DNA from: Scyliorhinus canicula
Lineage: Eukaryota
DNA: 64,000 nt
NCBI RefSeq assembly: GCF_902713615.1
Contig: NC_052149.1
Coordinates: 143,115,955-143,179,954, forward strand
Reading direction: 5' to 3'
Below, in pieces: positions 61,991 to 64,000 of this stretch. The stretch's first letter is position 1. Every line of letters begins with the position of its first letter. The position numbers and the translations under genes are program-made. The notes below the pieces were generated by a model. The model made no database searches. It saw only the letters and a list, made by a program, of their open reading frames with translations, and had not been told where the DNA came from.

Positions 61991-62177
61991 ATTCACCATG
62001 TTCATCCATGGATCAAAAATAATAATGGCAAAATAAAAGGGGAAATAAGGGAATAAACAAAAAGAACCCTTGCAACTGTTACTGCATCAATATTATACTG
62101 CTTCTTGATCACTAAGAGGAGGAACTTTAACTGTTTAGGAGCACGTTTGATGAAAGAATTCCCCTTTCAAATTTAAG

Positions 62178-62312
62178 TCTTGCAACACCAGGTTGAAAAC
62201 CAACAGGTTTGTTTTGAATTAATGATTCAAAACAAACCTGTTGGACTTCAACCTGGTGTTGTAAGACTTCTTACTGTGCTCACCCCAGTCCAACGCCGGC
62301 ATCTCCACATCA
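62178..62312. mobile_element. Penelope-derived inverted (hairpin) insertion
   Basis: Same family as 5610-5722; arms 62175-62219 / 62225-62269; TSD TTTCAAATTTAAG (62165-62177, 62313-62325). Confidence 0.8.
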
Positions 62313-64000
62313 TTTCAAATTTAAGGTAATATACAATACATAAGAGGGTTAAATAGAAATAATTGAAGGGGCAAAATAACAGTGTTTTTGAGTAATAATA
62401 GATGTGTATTTGCTGATCAGTTTGACTGGAACATCAAAAAGCTGATTTGGTCTGGCAGTTCGTTAAGTACTCGGTGTTGCAAGGCATGCTCAGTTCAAGG
62501 ATTCTTTCTAAGCAAATCAGATGTGATGCTTAAACTGGTCCTTCCAGTTTCAAAATCATAAAGATGCATAGTGTTGTAAGTTTGAGTCATCACCAGTTAG
62601 GTTTTCAACAGCATAGTCTGTTTCTGCAGTGGAGTTAGGAAAACTTCAAAAAAATGAACATAGTTTGTTTCTTAATATTGCAAATATATTTTTTAACTCA
62701 CTTTTGAATTATATAACATGGTTCTTAGCATTTTTAGATCAACTAATTCCTAAGAAACCTTGATCCAGGAAAGCGTTTTCCTGCTTCATGAGTTTTTAAC
62801 TTTTTGAAAGTCATTGTGGCCCGAGGTAAGAATTTAAAAATTGTGGAAAACCTAAATGCTTGTGCTTCATCCAAATCCATAGCCAATTTGATACTGTTCA
62901 ACCAACCAGTAGTGAATAAATGCATAATACTGCAGAGAACAGACATTTATTTTAAAAATGCTTTCATTGCTAATGGAAAATCCTGAATGGGTTCCAATTT
63001 CTATTCCAGTTAAATATCACCTCAAAGCTTTGGTGTTGCTCTTTCATTTTAAGTGGCAGGCAACCAAGCAGAGCACATACAACTTGTGTCAGTGTGCTTT
63101 TATCTTTGCAAACTTTAATTATTTGGATACTCTTACACACTTCAAAGGAATGATAAGCCCTAAGTAAAATGATTAACACGTCAGCAATTTGATTATCAAG
63201 ACCTACTTGAAAATGACATGGAGTGTTTGGTTTTTGTGCTTCTATCTATATTTACCTATGGGATTCAGTTAGTTTACATTATGCTGTCATACATTGATAT
63301 CTTAAAAGCATTCATTGACCAACTTGTATGTGTTATATTAACTCTTTAAAATAGGTTCCAAAATCTGCATCAAAAGGTGTAACTTTAAGTCTGCTCCACT
63401 GTGAATCTTTGTGCTGGATCACCTCCTCCCTCACCAGTAAATATCGGCTCTTCCCTCTGCTTCCATTCTACTTTTACCTCAAATGAACTCTGCAGGTTCT
63501 GGAGTCGATCTCCTTTTACCCAAACTTGGTGATGTGATTTCTGCTTTAGAGCATTGACCATTTGCACTCAGATAGATAGGAATTCCTGATGGTGTGATAA
63601 TTTTACAGTAGCAGGGGGAGTCACCTGCAGTTTGCAGAGTCATCAGATTGAGGTGCAAGTGATAAGATTAAAAACTGAGATAATGAAACAGGATTTTTTT
63701 TTCTTTGAATGCTTGATTAAGAATATGGTCTCAATTTTCTAGAAATCCTGACATTGATGAGGGACAAGTTATTGAGAGCCAGCCAAACAAATGTTTAGTA
63801 CTCTTATCCTTTCCTATTCATACCTTTAGTGGTTTTGAGAGCACTTAATCACAGCATGGTACTTTAGCTTAAAATTTTACAATACATTGACATTACTTTT
63901 TCATGTAGCTATTGCATGCAAAAGAAAAAGCATCTTCACTTGCCTGATTTGTTTTTTTAAAGAAGGCACTGTTAAGGTGTTGACCATTTCAGAAAGAAAA

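Larger units (their letters stand above)
56898..64000 (+). other. CLINT1 intron 1 (partial, continues beyond window)
   Basis: Starts at the GTGAGT donor; no exon-2 coding sequence recognised downstream. Confidence 0.8.

Noticed and set aside
63385-63567. Minus-strand 60-aa protein-like ORF
   Set aside because: No recognisable family or clear splice structure; the length is expected by chance.
1-64000. Most ORF-track entries as genes
   Set aside because: They are SINE frames (GHCLCGVCTFSP...), antisense or alternative frames of LINE/LTR ORFs, or GC-rich MITE read-through; many use non-ATG starts that are not relevant here.

Overview
Vertebrate nuclear DNA, almost certainly from a shark: HE1-type V-SINEs, their CR1/HER1 partner LINE and DeuSINE/SacSINE1-like relics are abundant. 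The species cannot be fixed from this window. Bases 1 to ~56,300 are a gene-free stretch of nested transposable elements: three Ty3/Gypsy LTR elements plus a solo LTR, L1-, CR1- and RTE-clade LINEs, Penelope-derived fragments with hammerhead-ribozyme motifs, several PIF/Harbinger transposase and Myb-like relics, and Harbinger, hAT and Tigger MITEs. The only host gene I recognise is CLINT1 (epsinR) on the + strand: a CpG-island promoter at ~56.35-57.0 kb, coding exon 1 at 56857-56897 (MLNMWKMRELVDKA), then intron 1 running off the window. Nearly all entries in the ORF track are TE fragments or chance ORFs. The strongest candidate for an unusual system is the two-LTR Gypsy at 47702-51911. It has no tRNA primer-binding site. 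Instead it has an 11-nt segment complementary to its own LTR and an 8-bp hairpin across the LTR/leader junction, and a related solo LTR at 22504-22806 shows a compensatory change in that hairpin. This suggests tRNA-independent self-priming and/or poly(A)-signal occlusion. Also notable: one SINE head/core carrying three different LINE-type 3' tails, and an apparent 5'-transduction nested inside a SINE in CLINT1 intron 1. All family names come from motif recognition by eye; no searches were run, and boundaries of decayed elements are approximate.
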